The notes beneath the pieces were generated by a model, which was given only the letters and a program-made list of their open reading frames with translations, had not been told where the DNA came from and did no database searches. The position numbers and the translations under genes were made by a program. Shown piece by piece: positions 62,255 to 64,000 of a DNA stretch of 64,000 bases. The DNA is taken from NCBI GenBank assembly GCA_035084275.1, contig CM068778.1, forward strand, positions 992,001 through 1,056,000. The letters run 5' to 3'. Each line of letters begins with the position of its first letter. Position 1 is the first letter of the stretch. This stretch comes from Hydrolagus colliei. Its lineage: Eukaryota.

Positions 62255-62764
62255 ATAGTGATAAACCGGGTAGGTGGAGCTGGAATAGATCAGCCAGAAT
62301 CTTATTGAATAGTAGTACAGGCTCGAGGGTCCGAATGGCCTACTCCTGCTCCTAATTCTTATGTTCTTATGTTCGAACATGCCATGCCTCCAGAGATTTG
62401 GTTAGGTGAACTCAGTCGTATTTTTAAATTTGTATCAATTGGCTTATATTACCTTCAAAAAACAACCTTAGATTTCCTGAAATCTGCCATGCTATCTATC
62501 TTGGCCTCATAGTAACACACAATAGGAACCACATGTCTAATCATGAAAACGTAACCACTTAATGCATCTAAGTACATTTTCATTTTTACTGTCAACGATT
62601 GTCAGTGAATCAGCAGCTGTAGCTTCATTGTAATCTTCAACTACAATAATATATTTGCAGTATATTCTGTGGATCCCATTGACACTTACAGAAGGTGTGA
62701 AAAGCACTTTATTAAATGCAAGGATTATCATAATTTATTATATTGCTCTCCACTCTCACTGATA

Positions 62765-63806
62765 CATTCTTTACAAATGCCGTGTGCATAGAATCCACTG
62801 TGCGACGTCCGAAGGCACTTGGGCGGACATACCAAGGCGCTGAACGATCAGGTCAGCACCCGAGCAGTGGGGGAAGGGTCGGGGTAGGGGGAAGGGGAAG
62901 GAGAGTAAGAGAGGGGGGAGAGTTAGGAGGGCAGCAGAAGAGAAAGTTCTTGAGACCGACGTAGTAGTAGGAAAGTGAGGCAAAGGGATTGCAGGATGGA
63001 GTTCTACGGTGTTGGAGCAGAGAGGCTAAAAGCGCGGCCACCGATGGTGGGGCAGTTAGGTCGGTGAGCGTGGAGCAGGCCAGAGCCTGCTGAGTGGAGA
63101 GGATGGGCAGGCTGATGGGGAGACAGCAGGTCAGAAGGATAGATGGGGACAAGGCTTCGAATGGCCTTGAAGGTGGGGATGAGGATCTTGAATTCGATCC
63201 TCTGGGGAATGGGGAGCCAGTGGAGATGGGTGTGAGTGTGAGTGAAGTGGTCGCAGAATCAAATGCGGGAGAGCACACGAGCTGCAGAGTTCTGAATAAC
63301 CTGTAGCTTGTGAAGGGAGGAGCTGGTAAGGCCGATGAGGAGAGAGTTCCCATAATCCAGCCTAGATATGATGAAGGCATGTTTCAGTGTTTTGGCAGCA
63401 TGGGGGGGTGAGGCAGTTGTGGAGTCTGTCAATGTTATGGAGGTGGCAGAAGGCTGTACCAGTGATGGTGTGGATATGAGGGAGGAAGGACAGTTCGGGT
63501 TCAAACAAGATGCCCAGATTCCTGACTGGCTTCGAGAGGTGGAGAGAGCAGCCTTGAATGTTGATGGTGTCAGCACCTGAGGTGTGGAGGCGCTGAAGCG
63601 ATCTGATCAGGAGGGCCTCCATCTTGTTAATGTTAAGTGGGAGGAAAGTGGACCTCATCTAGGACTCAGTGTCGGACAGACACACAGCCAGTATTACTGG
63701 AATCGAGGGTGGACGCGGAAAGGTACAGTTGGGTGTCATCCGCATAGATGTGGAAATTTACCCCGTGTCTGTGGGTGATGTCACCCAGGGGGAGCATGTA
63801 TCGGGT
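62765..63806 (-). mobile_element. Degraded L2 LINE 3' portion
   Basis: HAFIISRLDYGNSLLIGL...LQVIQNSAARVL and KPVRNLGILF in the minus-strand ORFs. Confidence 0.85.
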
Positions 63807-63945
63807 GAAAAGCAAAATACTGCAGATGCTGGAAATCTGAAACAAAACTAAAAATGTCTGGGAACACTCAGCAGGTCAGGCAGCATCTACGGAGCAAGGA
63901 AAAGTGAGTCAACTTTTCAGGTCTACGACCATTCATCAGAACTGG
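63807..63945 (-). mobile_element. Penelope-like terminal fragment with minimal hammerhead motif
   Basis: Minus strand AGTT-CTGATGA-AT-GGTC-GTA-GACCT-GAAA-AG-TT-GACT...AGATGCTGCCTGACCTGCTGAG...CAGCATCTGCAG. Confidence 0.7.
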
Positions 63946-64000
63946 AGTGAATATTGGGAACTGCGGGAGATTATGTAGCTAAAACCTCAAAGCTGACAAG

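Overview
Vertebrate genomic DNA, almost certainly a cartilaginous fish and possibly a chimaera (inferred from the IgM-type CH1 exon, the two-exon GPR139-like receptor, the NLR terminal exon type and the CR1/L2/SINE content). It has two assembly gaps (1533-1660, 29096-29264). Left to right: a replication-dependent histone quartet without H1 (divergent H2B, H2A with a stop at codon 3, canonical H3.2 and H4, each with a 3' stem-loop); a 51-bp tandem array; and a large inverted duplication (left arm ~7.2-21.1 kb, right arm ~35.1-54.2 kb). Each arm carries a C2H2 zinc-finger gene (11 vs 12 fingers) and the last exons of an NLR gene. The ~14-kb spacer holds an intact two-exon GPR139-like GPCR, a TRIM pseudogene and a headless H2A copy. 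An immunoglobulin heavy-chain CH1/CH2 remnant lies near 58 kb. CR1 and L2 LINE fragments, tRNA-derived SINEs, hAT and Tc1/mariner MITEs and Penelope ends are interspersed. The most notable signals are a rigidly spaced PBX/PREP-decamer + RFX X-box promoter module that recurs and is tandemly amplified, finger-level reshuffling between the two ZNF paralogs, a variant H2A/H2B pair, and tight linkage of histone, TRIM, NLR, ZNF, GPCR and IgH sequences. All comparisons were done by eye; no database search or computed alignment was run.
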